Source of the DNA: Selaginella moellendorffii
Taxonomy: Eukaryota > Plantae > Lycopodiophyta
Direction: 5' to 3'
DNA length: 64,000 nt
Assembly: GCF_000143415.4 (NCBI RefSeq)
Contig: NW_003314266.1
Span: 1,510,463-1,574,462 of the forward strand
Shown here: in pieces, positions 48,401 to 60,670 of the stretch
Position numbering within the stretch: position 1 is the first letter of the stretch
Layout: each line of letters begins with the position of its first letter
Made by a program: the position numbers and the translations under genes
The notes under the pieces: model-generated
What the model saw: only the letters and a program-made list of their open reading frames with translations
Told to the model about the DNA's origin: nothing
The model's database searches: none

Positions 48401-49131
48401 GAGCGCACATTTCGGATTTCGGCCTCGCCAAGCTGATCGCGCACCACGAGGAGGCCGAGGTCGTGGTGAGCTCCGTGATGGGCACCCGAGGATATCTCGC
48501 CCCAGGTAGGCTGATTTACCCTGTTTTTAGGGTTCTTATTCTCTCTCTTGCAGAGTATGTGATTAATGGGCAGCTCTCGGAGAAGGTCGACGTCTACAGC
48601 TATGGGATCGTCCTCTTGGAGCTCGTCAGCGGCCGGCGAGGGATGCAATCCAGCGTGAATGTGGGCGCGCCGGAGCCTGTGTCGATCGACGAGTGGGCGT
48701 GGGAGGCTCTAGGGTCCAACAAGATCGAGGCCATGGCCGATCCGCGCTTCGGCCGCAAGTATTCCATCGATGTCATGGTGAGAATCGTCCAGATCGCGAT
48801 GTGGTGCACCCAGGGCTTGCCCGAGCAGCGGCCATCCATGGGACAGGTCGTGGCGATGCTCGTTGGCCAGCTCGGGGTCCCGGAATTGCCGAGCGAGAGG
48901 ATTTCCTGGGAGGAATTCAAGAGCGTGTTGGAATTTGGGGTGAAGATCGGTGGTGCTACTACGAGCAGCATTTGGGAGACGATGGATGGATCATACCAGA
49001 CGGCGAACGAGGAGACTTTGCCAGATGTCCGCGAGGAGGAGGAGGTGAAGAAAGAGGATCGTTCACTCTCGATCGTTGCGCCTCCTCCAAGTGAAGAACT
49101 GGTAGCCGGCAATACTGTTTCTTCTTCCTAG
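45463..49131 (+). CDS. LRR-malectin receptor-like Ser/Thr kinase (RD type); single 48-nt intron at 48506-48553
   Basis: Signal peptide, ~15 LRRs, malectin domain (FAINAGG...LYTTAR...YAVELHFIE...GRRVFDVFLQ...GPTISAI), TM helix, kinase GQGAYG/VAIK/HRDVKPGN/DFG/GYLAP|E. Confidence 0.92.
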   Translation: MRTKFGFALGFSHPVLQVVLLLFTTIISSSSSESTLPQIYGDVAPAPAPAGTFFATDPSEVAVLRAIPAISWAAAAANDPCSPPSTWPGVTCVLRNQSSLPAAYHVSGIELSRDTPQALSILLSVASQLGYLQSLRVTRTTSSSPSFSISIPESIGQVQQLRHLDLSENGLHLGGPIPGQLGSLSKLRLLGLAGNQLTGSIPEELCTISSLKYLDLSRNQLQGPVPACLGNSSSLRVLDLGSNRLRSRIPAELGQLSSLLYLNLENNRLQGEVPESLGSLRSLQTLRCGRNMLEGALPRQLGQARSLQVLDFSLNSDIAGSIPASLGSLSDIVELSLFSMGLNGTIPSELGKLRNLSALRLHSNSISGSIPGSFSELSSLKVLQLQGNQLSGSLPRSVFKRLSGLQGLYLQINSFTGVLPVEITRMPNLSVLNLGFNQLDGELPETLGSMPSLEWLLLGRNRFSGQIPASLGELRKLRLLDLSNNLLVGSVPASILDAASIEKNLHFNQLNSTGLLHNLCLQPPCSQQQDHSPDITSNRISDSFAINAGGPEHILTSRHLFFQADDVFANTSVGYFVGNPTCSASSASWAISLSGSTASSRIISTNSSTSGIDSRFVEATQELYTTARVGGDSIAYYGRCLKPGSYAVELHFIELENYTVDSPGRRVFDVFLQEQRVHEKLDVFRVAGGPFVPLVLKFQARVGEESSTLKLELRGTGSWNTSGAAGSYHGPTISAIRVYANTTSSLGISGNTSSSRMARELWAILGTSIGILAIVCITLFVGLACWLRRAEKKARMISEEEHTGGEHSISIDHIHQSLSNSNAAALATFEFSELEEATQRFSSDNLLGQGAYGRVYKGFLPDGKIVAIKQLVHRTPTCQRWFYHELQVISSVRHRNLVPLIGCCIDRGFPLLVCEFMPNGSLQAALFGRDSGIFLDWERRLQIALDVARGLQYLHEDCAKVRIIHRDVKPGNILLDEEMRAHISDFGLAKLIAHHEEAEVVVSSVMGTRGYLAPGRLIYPVFRVLILSLAEYVINGQLSEKVDVYSYGIVLLELVSGRRGMQSSVNVGAPEPVSIDEWAWEALGSNKIEAMADPRFGRKYSIDVMVRIVQIAMWCTQGLPEQRPSMGQVVAMLVGQLGVPELPSERISWEEFKSVLEFGVKIGGATTSSIWETMDGSYQTANEETLPDVREEEEVKKEDRSLSIVAPPPSEELVAGNTVSSS

Positions 49132-49334
49132 AGCTCGAGACGAGAGAAGCATTAGGAATCACCATGGGAATCTTCATCCAGGAGGAAAAGTTAGCGATCG
49201 CGACAAAGTTCTTCTCGATCGAGGTGGATATCCTGCTACGAATATCGCGTCCCTAGGAGGATCACCCTCTTGTTTTTAAGCTCCTCCAAGCTCGAGGTAC
49301 TAGAGGTCTTCCGCTTTTTCCTTGTTTTTCTGCT

Positions 49335-50177
49335 ATGGCGATCGAGAAAGTGGTGCTGATAACTGGCTGTGCAGAGGGTGGAATCGGTGCGTGCTACTCC
49401 AGAGTCTTCCACTCTCGGGGATTCAAAGTTTACGCCACGGACGTCCAGCCGGTGGAGAGCATGCAAAGCTTGCGAGCTCTGGGGATCCAAACGCTTCAGC
49501 TGGATGTGACGAGCGACGAATCCGTGAGAGCTGCGGTGGATCTCATCCTCCGGAACGAGGGCAGGATCGACGTGCTTGTCAACAACGCCGGGCTCTCCAC
49601 TATCGGGCCGCTAGCCGAGCTTCCACTCAAGAACATCGAGCGAGCTTTCCAAGTGAACGTCTTTGGAACTTTGAGGATGATCCAGGCAGTGGTTCCCAGC
49701 ATGGCGGAGCAAAGGCAGGGCCGGATCATCAACGTCGGCAGCGTCGTCGGCTACGTCCCCACCCCCTGGGCCGGATCATACTGCGCGTCCAAGGCCAGCG
49801 TCCACGCTCTCTCGGATGTTCTTCGCGTGGAGTTGGCGCCACTGGGAATCCAGGTGGTGTTGATCGTCCCCGGCTCGGTGAAGTCCCAGCTTGGAGCCAC
49901 GGCCTCGAGCTCTCTTCGATCGAGCGAGTGGAAGCTCTACAGGGATTTCTCCAGCGCCATCGCCGAGAGAGCTACCTCGTCCCAGTCCGGCAAGGCCACC
50001 GCCACGGAAGAATTCGCTGTGAGAGCCGTGGGAGCGATGCTCGAGAAGAATCCTCCCAGGCATTTCGTCTATGGATTTATGAGTGGGCTGTTCTTGGTGC
50101 TGCGATGGAGCCCATTGTGGCTGAGAGATCTCTTCATGCGATGGAGGTTTGGCCTCTTGGAGAAGAAGAAACACTGA
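49335..50177 (+). CDS. Intronless classical SDR (AYR1 / acyl-DHAP reductase-like), 280 aa
   Basis: VLITGCAEGGIG, LQLDVT, VLVNNAG, S...YCASK catalytic motif. Confidence 0.9.
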   Translation: MAIEKVVLITGCAEGGIGACYSRVFHSRGFKVYATDVQPVESMQSLRALGIQTLQLDVTSDESVRAAVDLILRNEGRIDVLVNNAGLSTIGPLAELPLKNIERAFQVNVFGTLRMIQAVVPSMAEQRQGRIINVGSVVGYVPTPWAGSYCASKASVHALSDVLRVELAPLGIQVVLIVPGSVKSQLGATASSSLRSSEWKLYRDFSSAIAERATSSQSGKATATEEFAVRAVGAMLEKNPPRHFVYGFMSGLFLVLRWSPLWLRDLFMRWRFGLLEKKKH

Positions 50178-50252
50178 GGAAAGACGAAAGAATCTCTCAA
50201 TACAAAGAAAGAATCTCAATAGAAATTTCCCCTTAAACCCAGATCCTCTGTT

Positions 50253-50415
50253 TTTAGGGTTCTTATTTTAGGGTTCTATGGCGCATTCTTCCATCACGGG
50301 GAATGATCGCCTTCTTAGCACAAGCTTTAAGTAGCCCTAGAGCCCTAGGGGTTGGGGAAGCTTCCAAGGCGGAGCCCTAGGGCGCTGGGACGAGGGAAGG
50401 CGAGCCCTAGGGTTT
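50253..50415. promoter_or_regulatory. Telo-box / GCCCTAG(GG) motif cluster upstream of DRP2
   Basis: Two TTTAGGGTT plus four GCCCTAG copies within ~165 bp. Confidence 0.5.
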
Positions 50416-50638
50416 CTGTGCGCGTCCTCTTCCGCGTCTGGCATTGGAGGCGCTGATTCGAGCGCCATCGATCTCCGGATTCCAGATTTCCGATCCCAGT
50501 GAGTAGCCAGCTGCGTCGATCGATCGCAGGACGTAATTTGTCGAGGATATTTCCAGATTATTTTGCCGGAGCTGGATCAGGATCTGACCGTATTCTTTCT
50601 TCTTTTTCCACATTCTTCACGGATCGAGGCTGGTAGCG

Positions 50639-53600
50639 ATGGAAAATCTCGTCTCGTTGGCAGAGGCTATGCAGCAGGCTTCGTCGGTTTTGCTAGACGA
50701 TAATGACGACTCCGCGCAGTATACTACTTTTCTTAACGTTGTTACTATTGGGAACACGGTACTAATATCCATAGGAATAGGTGGAGGATCTCGTGAATTA
50801 ATGTTCTTCCTCTTTGTTTTGCAGGGTGCTGGAAAATCTGCTGTTCTCAATAGCATCATTGGCTACACCGTGATGGTGAGTGACGGAACAATTTGGTGCT
50901 CTTGGTTTTGCTGACGGATTTTCTTACGTAGCCAACTGGAGAAAATGGCGCTACGAGGGCTCCAATTGTTGTTGAATTGGAGCGTGACCAATCGGAAGGT
51001 AAGGGATTGGCGGTGATGACAGAAGGGCGCGCTCGACCATCGTCTGCAAGTAAGTTTCTAGTTGTTAGGCTTCTTCTTTCGTGTCGGTTCAACTTTCTTA
51101 AAATGTTCCTGTTGTGTTAGACGAGATTCGTCTCTCGTTGCAGTCTAGGATAAGTAGAATCGCGTCGAGCAGAAGCGGCCGGCCTGAGGAGATTCGGCTT
51201 CGACTACGGTCAAGTGCAGGTATGCTTTCAAATTCTTGAATAGACTGTAAGTATCTTTGCTGTGCCTTCAGCCCCACCTTTGACTTTAATTGATCTTCCT
51301 GGACTTGCATCACTCGACGACCAATTTGTAAGTAGCCTGCTACGTTTACTGGTTTCTAACTGTGTTACAGGTTAATGAATATGGAAGTCATAACGATGCT
51401 GTTCTGCTCGTTGTAGTACCTGCAACTTCCGTGCGAGATATCACGGGATCGCAAGCTTTGAAAATGGCAAGGGAGCTTGATCCTGAATGTAAGTGCTAGT
51501 GTTATTTCAATTTCAAAAATTTCTGATTTTTCTTTTTCGTTTTTGTTTTTGGGTCAGTCTCAAGGACTGTTGGTGTGATTAGCAAGGTTGATCAATCTGC
51601 CAGTGATCCTAAAAGTTTAGCTGCGGTTCAAGCAGTTCTTTCTGGCCAAGGTCCATCGGCGAGTGCAGACATAACCTGGGTTGCTTTGATTGGGCAATCT
51701 GTGTCCATAGCAGCAGCACATGCGGGTTCTGTTGGAACCGATGATTCCCTGGAGACGGCCTGGAAAGCAGAAACAGAAACTTTGAGATCCATCTTAACTG
51801 CGGCCCCGTCAACACGATTGGGGAGAGCAGCGCTAGTGGACGTGATATCTAAGCAGATTCGGAAACGGATTAGGCAAAGACTGCCAAGTCTTTTGTCTGG
51901 GTAATGCGTTCTCGTACTAGATCCTAAAGACATATTTCTTACATTTGTAACGTTTCTTAGGCTCGAGGGAAGGCAGCAGGAGGTCGAAGGGGAGTTAGTG
52001 AGGCTTGGAGAACAAATGGTTGAGACGGAAGAGGGTACCCGTGCGCTTGCTTTGGAACTTTGTAGAGAATTTGAAGACAAGTATATTTTACACATAAATA
52101 GTGGAGAGGTGAGTCTTTGAATTTTGTTCTTACGTTTTCTGAAATTCTGCTGCAGACAGGCGGCTGGAGAGTGATATCAAGTTTCGAGGGCGCGCTTCCA
52201 AACAAGTTTAAAAATTTACCACTGAATGATCTTTTCGACCTGAACTACTTGAAGAAGGTAGTTAGCAGCATGTGACGACGGGTTTTTAATGTTCTTTCTG
52301 GCTTATCACAGGTGGTTCTTGAAGCGGATGGGTATCAACCATATTTGCTCTCTCCAGAGAAAGGGCTGCGAGAGCTTGTACGAAGAGCTCTCGAACTTGC
52401 TAAAGATCCTGGAAAGCATTGCGTTGACGAGGTTTGAAATAGTAGCGCTTAGGTGAACAGACTTCACGTTTTAATTTTCAGGTGCATCACGTTTTAGTTG
52501 ATATAGTCGCTGCATCTGCATCTTCGACACCAGGCTTAGGAAGATACCCGCCTTTTAAACGAGAGGTATGCTCTTGTCCGATTTTATGTGGAAGTAACCA
52601 CGGTTTTGTCCTTTCAGGTTGTTGCTATTGCAAGTGCCGCCCTTGATGAGTACCGGACGCACGCCAAGAAGATGGTAGTAGACCTTGTTGACATGGAAAG
52701 GTCATATATTCCACCACAGCACTTCAATCGTCTTGCTCAAAGAAGGTAGACAGCTTTTGTGTTTGGTCTCTTCACTTTCCTTAGCGCTTTGGCTTCCAGG
52801 ATTGACAGGCTTCGAAGGGAAGAAGAGACAAAAACAAGAGTTTCGAAAAAAGCACAAGATGCAGAGCAAGTACTTTTGAACAAGGTAAACAACAGAGCCT
52901 AAAATGTTTAACTTTAGCTATTGACTATGCCATAGGCAGCAGGTCCACCAGTAAATCAGACACCACCGCTGAAATCTATAAAAGGTCAAAGTGACAAAGA
53001 CAAGGACAGCAAGGATGGCAAGGATGGTGCTCCATCTTCAATTGCCGGTGGCGAAATTTCTGGAGGTAATTGCTTAGGGCAATTTTTGTTTAATCTGAAA
53101 TCTCTTATGCAGTTTATCTCATGAAAAAAAGTACGAACAAGTCTGGTTGGAAAAAGCGTTGGTTTGTTTTAAACGAAAAGACTAACCGGGTAAGCTACAA
53201 CTGCCAGATCTTCTCCTCTCTAACAGTAATTTGGCAGCTTGGATACACCAAGACTCCTGATGAGAGACTTTTTCGCGGTGTCATCAATTTGGAGGTTGAT
53301 TTTTCTTGTCGTTCTTGCCACAGAAGATAATGTCGATGAACTTACAGGAATGTGCAATCGATGACGCGTCAGAAAAGGACGACGATGACGCCCCGACAAC
53401 AAAATCATCTAAAAAGGAGAGGGCGTCCGACTCTAGCATCAGTCTTGCATTCAAGATTACAAACAAAGTTCCTTACAAATCTGTCTTGAAAGGTAGGCTC
53501 TCAATCCCTTCGTATGAAGACGTTTATTCCCTTCCTCTTGCAGCACACTCTTCGGTCGTCTTGAAAGCCGAAAGTATAGCGGACAAGCAGGAATGGATTG

Positions 53601-54500
53601 CGAAGCTCCGGAATTGTGCGCAAGGGACTCAGCAGCCGCCTGGCAAGTCAGCCTCTATCGTGAAAGAACCTTCTCGTGCACCAGAGCCTGTGGTATTTAT
53701 ATTCCTTCTTTCCTGTTTCACTTCATTTCTTTTTTGTCTAAATCTTTCTCGACTCGTAGCAGGACACTGTGATCAGAAGACCAGCCGATCCGGACGAGGA
53801 CCTCAGATTCATGGGCCAAGAAGTTCGCGACTACGTTGAGGCCGTGCTCAACAGCCTCTCGGCCAACATCCCAAAGGTAATGCGGCGGCAAATAACTCAC
53901 TTTCACTCGTCTCACACCACTCATTCACAGGCAGTCGTGCTTTGCCAAGTCGAGAAGTCGAAAGATGCAATGCTCAACAAGCTCTACAGCTCCATCAGGC
54001 AAGCCGATGACTAGCTTTTCGAACCGATGTCGCGTGAACTTAACTCCGCGAACTACCGTGCAGTAAATTCTCGAGCGCCCAGATCCAGGAGCTTTTGCAA
54101 GAGGCCCCCGACGTAAAGCGGAGGCGTGACAAATGCCAGAGGCAATCGCAAGTGCTAAACAAGCTCACACACCAGCTAAGTATGCACGAAGCTCGCGTGT
54201 CTACTGGCAGTGGCTACACCGACACAGGTAAACCATCTCTGCATCGTCTTATCCAACAAAACTTTGGCTACCACAGATGGATATGGATCACCATCGAGTT
54301 CCAAAGGAGCCGGCGAGGAGTGGCGAGTGGCGTTTGAGTCCGCCAGCACTGCGCCACCGCCGAGCAAGTCTCTGAGCATCAACGGACGAATAGATCGACG
54401 GCTCACGGCCACGGAAGAGAACGGTGACATTGGTTCCAGCCGTCGGTCCACGCCCTCGAGGGCCGCTCCAGCGCCTCCGGGTTCTATGTATAGAGGATGA
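50639..54500 (+). CDS. DRP2: Dynamin-related protein 2 (GTPase-middle-PH-GED-PRD), ~22 exons
   Basis: [42 protein letters not shown]; [11 protein letters not shown]; PH domain ([11 protein letters not shown]); [12 protein letters not shown]. Confidence 0.93.
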
Positions 54501-54799
54501 TGACTAAACCGGTAAGTCTATCATCTCTTTGCTCTTGTTTCGTTCTTTCTTCCTTGTTTGTTGTTTTATATCGATTGACTGGATGGATTGTTTTTCTCAG
54601 AGTCGGGGAGTTTTGAAAATTTTTTGTGTGATTTTCCACGGATGGTTTGGTGGTGAATAACTTTCCATTTTGCTCTCCCTCTATAGGTGCCCACGCTGCC
54701 GTATTGTAAATTGGCGGCCTTGTATCGTTACAGTCAGCTCTGCCGTGTCTCGATTATATATATGGTTTCTTTGTTTCTCTAGTCGGTGTTTGCGTGGTC

Positions 54800-56202
54800 T
54801 TAAGTTCTTAGACGCCCGTTTGTTTGCTGCTGTTCCTCGGGCTGGGTTTGGATATGTCGGCCCACTTTAGCGTGGAGCTCGGTCATTTCTTTGATGTTCA
54901 GGAGGGCCACCTCACACATTCTATCGAGAGCCAGCATTGGAAATGGTTCTTCGATGAGAACTCCCACCTGAGACAAGGTTTGTTTCCATGTAAAGAGATC
55001 GAGATTCATCCTACCTCTTCGATGCAAAAGAGAGCTGCGGAGCTGAAAAACGTGGAGGGGATGACTAGCCAGTTGCAAGTGTCCCACAGCGCAATGGGGA
55101 GGCCCAGGTGCCACAGTATGAGAAATCTGGACGTAAGGCGAGTGTACGAGAGAGGAATGGGAGTCCGGATGAGCCTCTCGCACACGCTCACGCTCCTGTT
55201 GTAGGTGGAGATGTTTTCGTGCTGTAAGAAGCGAGAGGTGGTCACAAGCTACTACCGGAACTATTTGGGAGCTACTTACCAGAAGAACTTGCTGTGTTTC
55301 TCCCAGGCTCAAGCCATCGATGATCTGGAAGATCATCTGGAGCAAGCAATTCGGCCGGTGCTTGGCATTGAGAACAAACGCGAGATCCCGCTCGTCTAAG
55401 ACTTTCCTCAACTCGGCCTCCATGTCGGATCCCATGATAAGGTGACACTGCACTTGTAAGGGGACAAAACTTCCACGTAAACTTCGAAAACAAGAGTTCC
55501 CGAGAGAAGAAAAAGACTACCAACCTTCAGAGCCAGTGGAAAAGCCACGATATACCGCATGAGATCATCGTTGTGGATCCAAGCCTCAGTCAGCCTCGCC
55601 AAATTCTTGGTGCTGCTGATCACCTCGGTCCACGTCTTCCTGGCCTCGTCATACCTCGAGTAGGACGTATCGGTCCTAAACACCAAGAGAAGAGCCAATG
55701 CCGGGGCAGTGAGCTCGTAAGGCAGCGATGGCGCGTGGAGCACTGGAAGAAACCCCGGCGCCCACCTGGATTCCACGAGAGCGTTGTAGAGCGTGACCAG
55801 CACCGAAATCCCCGTGACTGTGAAGACCGGGGGAATCAAAGAGATGATAACCCGGGAGGAGAACGTCGAGGCCATATGGCGGGCGTGGCGGAGGGAGCTC
55901 CTGTGCCGCAGCCAGTCGTTGTTGGAGTAGAAGGCGCGGCGATTGGGCATATTTTGCTCCTTCTGCGCGTCGGCCCACTCGGGAACGCTCGCAATCCACC
56001 GAAATATGTCGAGCCTGGCCTCGCGGATGCCGTCGAGCGAGAATGGATTAGCGATGATCTTGCCGCGCGGCCCTCGCCATTGCCGCGGGTCTGGAATCTG
56101 GCAGAAAACCTGGAAAACAAACCTCCGCTGCTGCCGATGGCCGCGGCCCCGCGTCACCGCCGGCGGGAAACGCTGCTCTCGATCCAATGCGCATCGATTC
56201 AT
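54800..56202 (-). CDS. VCCN1: Bestrophin-like thylakoid voltage-dependent chloride channel (UPF0187), 4 exons
   Basis: WLRHRSSLRHARH, LTAPALALLLVFRTDTSYSRYDEARK, CERLIRTPIPLSYTRLTSRFL, IEEVGVLIEEPF. Confidence 0.9.
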
Positions 56203-56446
56203 CCTTGAATAGAGCTCCCGGACCGCGAATCCGTGCGCTATCGAGCCGCAAATGCGATGGACGAACTAGGTTTTTAGCTTACCGCTTAAATCCGAAAGAA
56301 TATCTCATTGATGCTTGCCACGTCTACAGTAAAATGCCACGTAACGTATATACCTGGAAACCATGGAAACGAATATACCACTGCGTCTCGTCGAGTGGCT
56401 TTTCCTTAAATCCCTGTACAAGAGAGAGAACAAGCAAACGCGCCTA

Positions 56447-58585
56447 CTACGTTGCTTTGGAGCCACCGTGCTTGGCCTGGAGAGCTTGAGCTTCCGCCAG
56501 TGAAAGCGCCATAGCCAGCATCATCTGTTCTTCAAAGCTCTCGGGCACTACACTCGCAGTTGACGCTGCCGAATCGTTCGCCGCCACTGCTCCCGGTTGT
56601 AGCAGAGCTGCCGCTCCACCGGGATTACTTCCATTCGTCCCAGTAGCAGCAGCACTGGCAGCTCCACCACCATTCCCTGGATCATCCTCCTCCGGAGCTT
56701 CCCACGGCAGTAGCGATGGCACGCTGCTACAAAAGCTTGTCCCAGCCTCGACAACCTCGGACCCCTGGTCAAGCAACGCATCAGGCGACGCTTCCACGCT
56801 CATCCCTCGACGAATCCATCTTGTTAAGTTCTCGTTATTGTTGCTGGTGTTGGTGCTGGTCATGCTGGTGTTGGTGTTGGAACCTGTTGCTCTTAGCGTT
56901 GTCAAGGCCATTGCCGCTGCCTCTACACCCGATTCCTCCACGCTCGACTTCTCTGTTTTCTCCTCGGTCAAGCTCTCGTCCGTCCCAGAAACTATTCGTA
57001 TATGTTCTTCCAGGGACTGCGTCTCGCTGGAGCCGTGAGCGTTTGAGACGGCGCCACTGTCGTTGGACTCGGCGTCACTCTCCCCGGCCGGTTCCATCCC
57101 TCCGGTGTTTCCAGTCACCTGTCTCTCGGCCAGTGCGGCGATAGCGGAGGCAAAGCCTCCAGTGACGGACCCCCTCCTCCCTCGAATCTCCGACGGCTCC
57201 AGGTTCGTCAGTGGCGAGTCTTGGATCTCATACTGCAAGCCATTCAATGCCGATGGGAATGGATGCTCGGAGATGCTGTCTATTGGACGTTGGTTTCCTT
57301 GTTCCTGGGAACATAGAGCTCTGGTTAGTAAACGACAAGGTCTCATAAATTCTTCACAATCTAGCTACCTGGATAGAAAGCCAGATGGCCTCCATGACCA
57401 TTATATCCTCGAGATCCAAGTCAAAATCTTCGTCTCTGCACGGCCAAAAGGTGACAAAAAGAAAAAGAATAGACGAATGAGCAACCAAAAGCGACAAACG
57501 CAAGAGTTTTTGTACCTGTTATATGGAGCATATCCTGGGCCATCACCGGACGAACTATTGCTCCAAGCAGCACCTCTTCTTCTGGCGTTGAATGACGAGG
57601 AGTTCCTGGCGGATGTCGAAGAAAACGTATTATGTCTATTTGAATCTCTTTGGCCTCCTTGTTGCCACGGAGATTCTGAATCAGACCTTGATGGATAAGT
57701 AAAAATGTCGGTTTGAGGGTAGCCGATGGCCGTGTTGCCGTCGGCATTTGTCCATGGATCCCAGCTCCTTTCCAGCGGTAAAGCTGGCTCCTGGGACCTT
57801 TCCTCTGGAGTTGTTGTTGTTTCCTGCTCGGCTTCCCCTGCTGCAACTGCAACTATCGGCGAGCCTTCTCGGGGAGCTTGTTCTTGCCTCTGCAAGCGCG
57901 CTTCCTCGTCCTGAATTTCTTGTTGTCGCCTGATTCTGATCTTTGCCTCTATAACCTTTTGCTCTTCCTGGAAACACACAACACTTCATGCTGGTGCAAG
58001 AGAAGCATTGACAAACCATACCGCTTGCTCGACACCCTTTTCCTCGAGGGTCTTCGCGCCAAGATACTCCACCGCGTAGTTGGGCGTTTTGCAAAACGGA
58101 CACCTACAGCAAGTCAAGAAGAACGGCTTAGGAGAGATACTTAAAAGCACTGCTTGGAGTCATACTGTGTAGGCCTGGTAGAATTCGGAGATTTCACTTG
58201 CAAGAAACACTCTGAAAAAATCAAAGAAAGAAAGAAACCAAACACACAGAGTAAGTTGAAACGAAAAGAACCGATAGAGAAATACCTGTGCAAATGCCTT
58301 TAGTACAACACTTCGATCGATTCAGGCTTGGATAATGCTGCCACCAAGAACAAAGAAAATTAAGAAGGTACTACACATAAACCAAAAACTTACCAAAAAA
58401 CAAATGGGACACTCGTCAAGATCGATGGCGGCATCCTCGGCTCCCGGGTAGCAAGGAGCAAGCTTGGCATCGATGATAAGCCTTCTCAGTTTCTTGTGAT
58501 CGACGTCCTTGTGCTGATACAAGCCCTGGGGCCTCGTGTAGCGATCGTCAATCTGGGCGCGCCTTCTCGCGAATTTGTTGCCCAT
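56447..58585 (-). CDS. DA2: RING E3 ubiquitin ligase DA2/GW2 homologue, multi-exon
   Basis: MGNK...[11 protein letters not shown]...LAPCYPG...[27 protein letters not shown]...[13 protein letters not shown]; C-terminal [16 protein letters not shown]. Confidence 0.92.
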
Positions 58586-59115
58586 GACAACGGCTCGAGC
58601 ACGCTATCCCGGAACTCGTCCTAGCATCTATCCCGGAATATCACAATCCATTGCTCGATTTACCCGCGGGACGAAGAAACGCATGGCGCCAATGCCCTAG
58701 CGAGGCCAGGACGCGGAAGAAGAGTAGCAATCCCTACCGAAGCTCTCCACGACGAATCGTCTTATTCTTTCTCAATCGCGGCCGAGGAGCAATCAATCCA
58801 TCCATTCCGCGCAGCAGTGCCCAGTGCCGATGCGCGACGGCAGCGCTGTGGAACGATCAATCGATCGAGGGGACGATAGGGACGCCGAAACGCAACAACG
58901 CGATACAGGGAGCCCTAGAAAAAAATGGTACCACGAGCGAATATCCAACCCTTTTGCATTTCTTTCGGCGTGGACGGCCGCGATTGCGAGGATCGCAAAC
59001 CGACGGCTCGATATTGCGCCCTCCACGATGTTCCAGACCATTTCAACTTCTTGGCGAAATTTCTTGCTATAAAACTCAGCCTCGATGACGATCAAACTTA
59101 AATCAAAGCTTCGCC

Positions 59116-59712
59116 ATGATCATCTCTACCAAGTTCTTCCTCTCTAGCTTCCTTGCTCTGTTGATCTATGGCATTGCAAGCACTGCTCTCTCAATTGAAA
59201 GCACTCAGAGTGATGACCTCTCAATCCTTCCAAGTACACAGGATGATTTCTTTTCAATCCTTGCAAGCACCCAGAGTGATTTCCTCGGCGCTCACAACTC
59301 CGCAAGAGCTTCAATTGCGACGTCTCCAAGAATCCCTCCTGTCTCCTGGAGCAATGACGCCGCGGCATTTGCAATGAGATGGATCACAACGCTGAGAGAC
59401 ACGAGAAATTGCAACATGGTTCACTCCGGCAACAGAGCATATGGGGAAAACTTATACAAATGGATGGGAAGTCCTGGATTGCCATCGCCAAATCCTGCGG
59501 AAGCCGTGAAGTCATGGGTGAACGAGAAGAGAGATTATCGGTATGCAAGCAATAGCTGTGCCGCTGGTAAGGTTTGTGGGCATTACACCCAAGTTGTGTG
59601 GAGGAACACCAAGAGAGTGGGGTGTGCTTCGATCAAATGTCCTGGAAATATGCTGCTTGTGAGTTGCAATTATGATCCACCTGGTAATTGGGTTGGACAG
59701 AAGCCATATTAG
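59116..59712 (+). CDS. PR1: Pathogenesis-related protein 1 (CAP/SCP) with repeated propeptide
   Basis: TATA (ctataaaa ~59067); signal peptide; AHNSAR, YGENL, CGHYTQVVW, CNYDPPGNWVGQKPY. Confidence 0.95.
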   Translation: MIISTKFFLSSFLALLIYGIASTALSIESTQSDDLSILPSTQDDFFSILASTQSDFLGAHNSARASIATSPRIPPVSWSNDAAAFAMRWITTLRDTRNCNMVHSGNRAYGENLYKWMGSPGLPSPNPAEAVKSWVNEKRDYRYASNSCAAGKVCGHYTQVVWRNTKRVGCASIKCPGNMLLVSCNYDPPGNWVGQKPY

Positions 59713-60531
59713 CAGATTAGAAAGTTCCCTTGCATTTTCACAGCATAGCCACAAATCCAATAAGTTTTCTTCTTGAGAATCATGGCATCGTGTAGTTTTC
59801 TCATTGACATCATTGTTAGATCATAAGATTATATGTATTCAACTTCCTTATAATAAATGTAAACTCACTGTTTCAATGACAATCTATCAGACAGGCCAAA
59901 TTGATTAATATTTTTTTCTAGAAGTTTAGTTTGAGTTCTCTTTGTTAGCTTGACGCATTTTGTTATTATTGAAACATCAAGTAGGCAAGAACTATGAATG
60001 AATTAAATATTGCCTAGCATAAGTTGCCCAGTTGGCAAAGTTTTTCTGATCCACATATTATCAAGAATCTATCGCTAGATCTCTAGGGCACATGCAACTG
60101 TTCTAGCACCAATTGTGATGACCTGCACATTAGGAAATACTTTTGAAACTACAAAACATTTCATGATATCCTCACCCAGATCTTCACCATTCCCTCGCCA
60201 TTGTCCATGTCACACCCTAAAGTAACCATGTCAAATGTAGCGTTAGATGGCAGCATTTTATGCGGCACCAGCGCTGCATCGTGCACACAGCAGCACCTCG
60301 GACTTGACTCCACAGGGCCCTCTCAACACCTCCAACATCCAACACCTTAACGATGTCAACTTAGATGCATCCAATGAATGCACTGCTCAGCACAACACTC
60401 AGACCTCAGCGCCTCTGCATGTGTCTAACATGACAGCATATGCAGCACCCTGTGCCCTAGGGAATGCCCTCAACAGCCATATCTGGTGGCTCATTGTTGT
60501 CTTTGCTGGCCTCATCTAGGATCTGGAGCTG

Positions 60532-60543
60532 GGCTCCGATACC
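60532..60543 (-). mobile_element. tRNA-iMet primer-binding site of a truncated LTR retroelement
   Basis: Minus strand reads ...GGACA TGGTATCGGAGC (LTR-terminal CA then a one-mismatch TGGTATCAGAGC PBS); element limits unclear. Confidence 0.5.
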
Positions 60544-60670
60544 ATGTCCTAAACAAGCTGAAGCATAATGGATTATGAATGGATATGCTTAGATATTTTC
60601 ATAACTCTACATATAGAATATCCTACATGATGTAAACCTCTCATGTTATAGAGAGTGTACATCTCCAATA

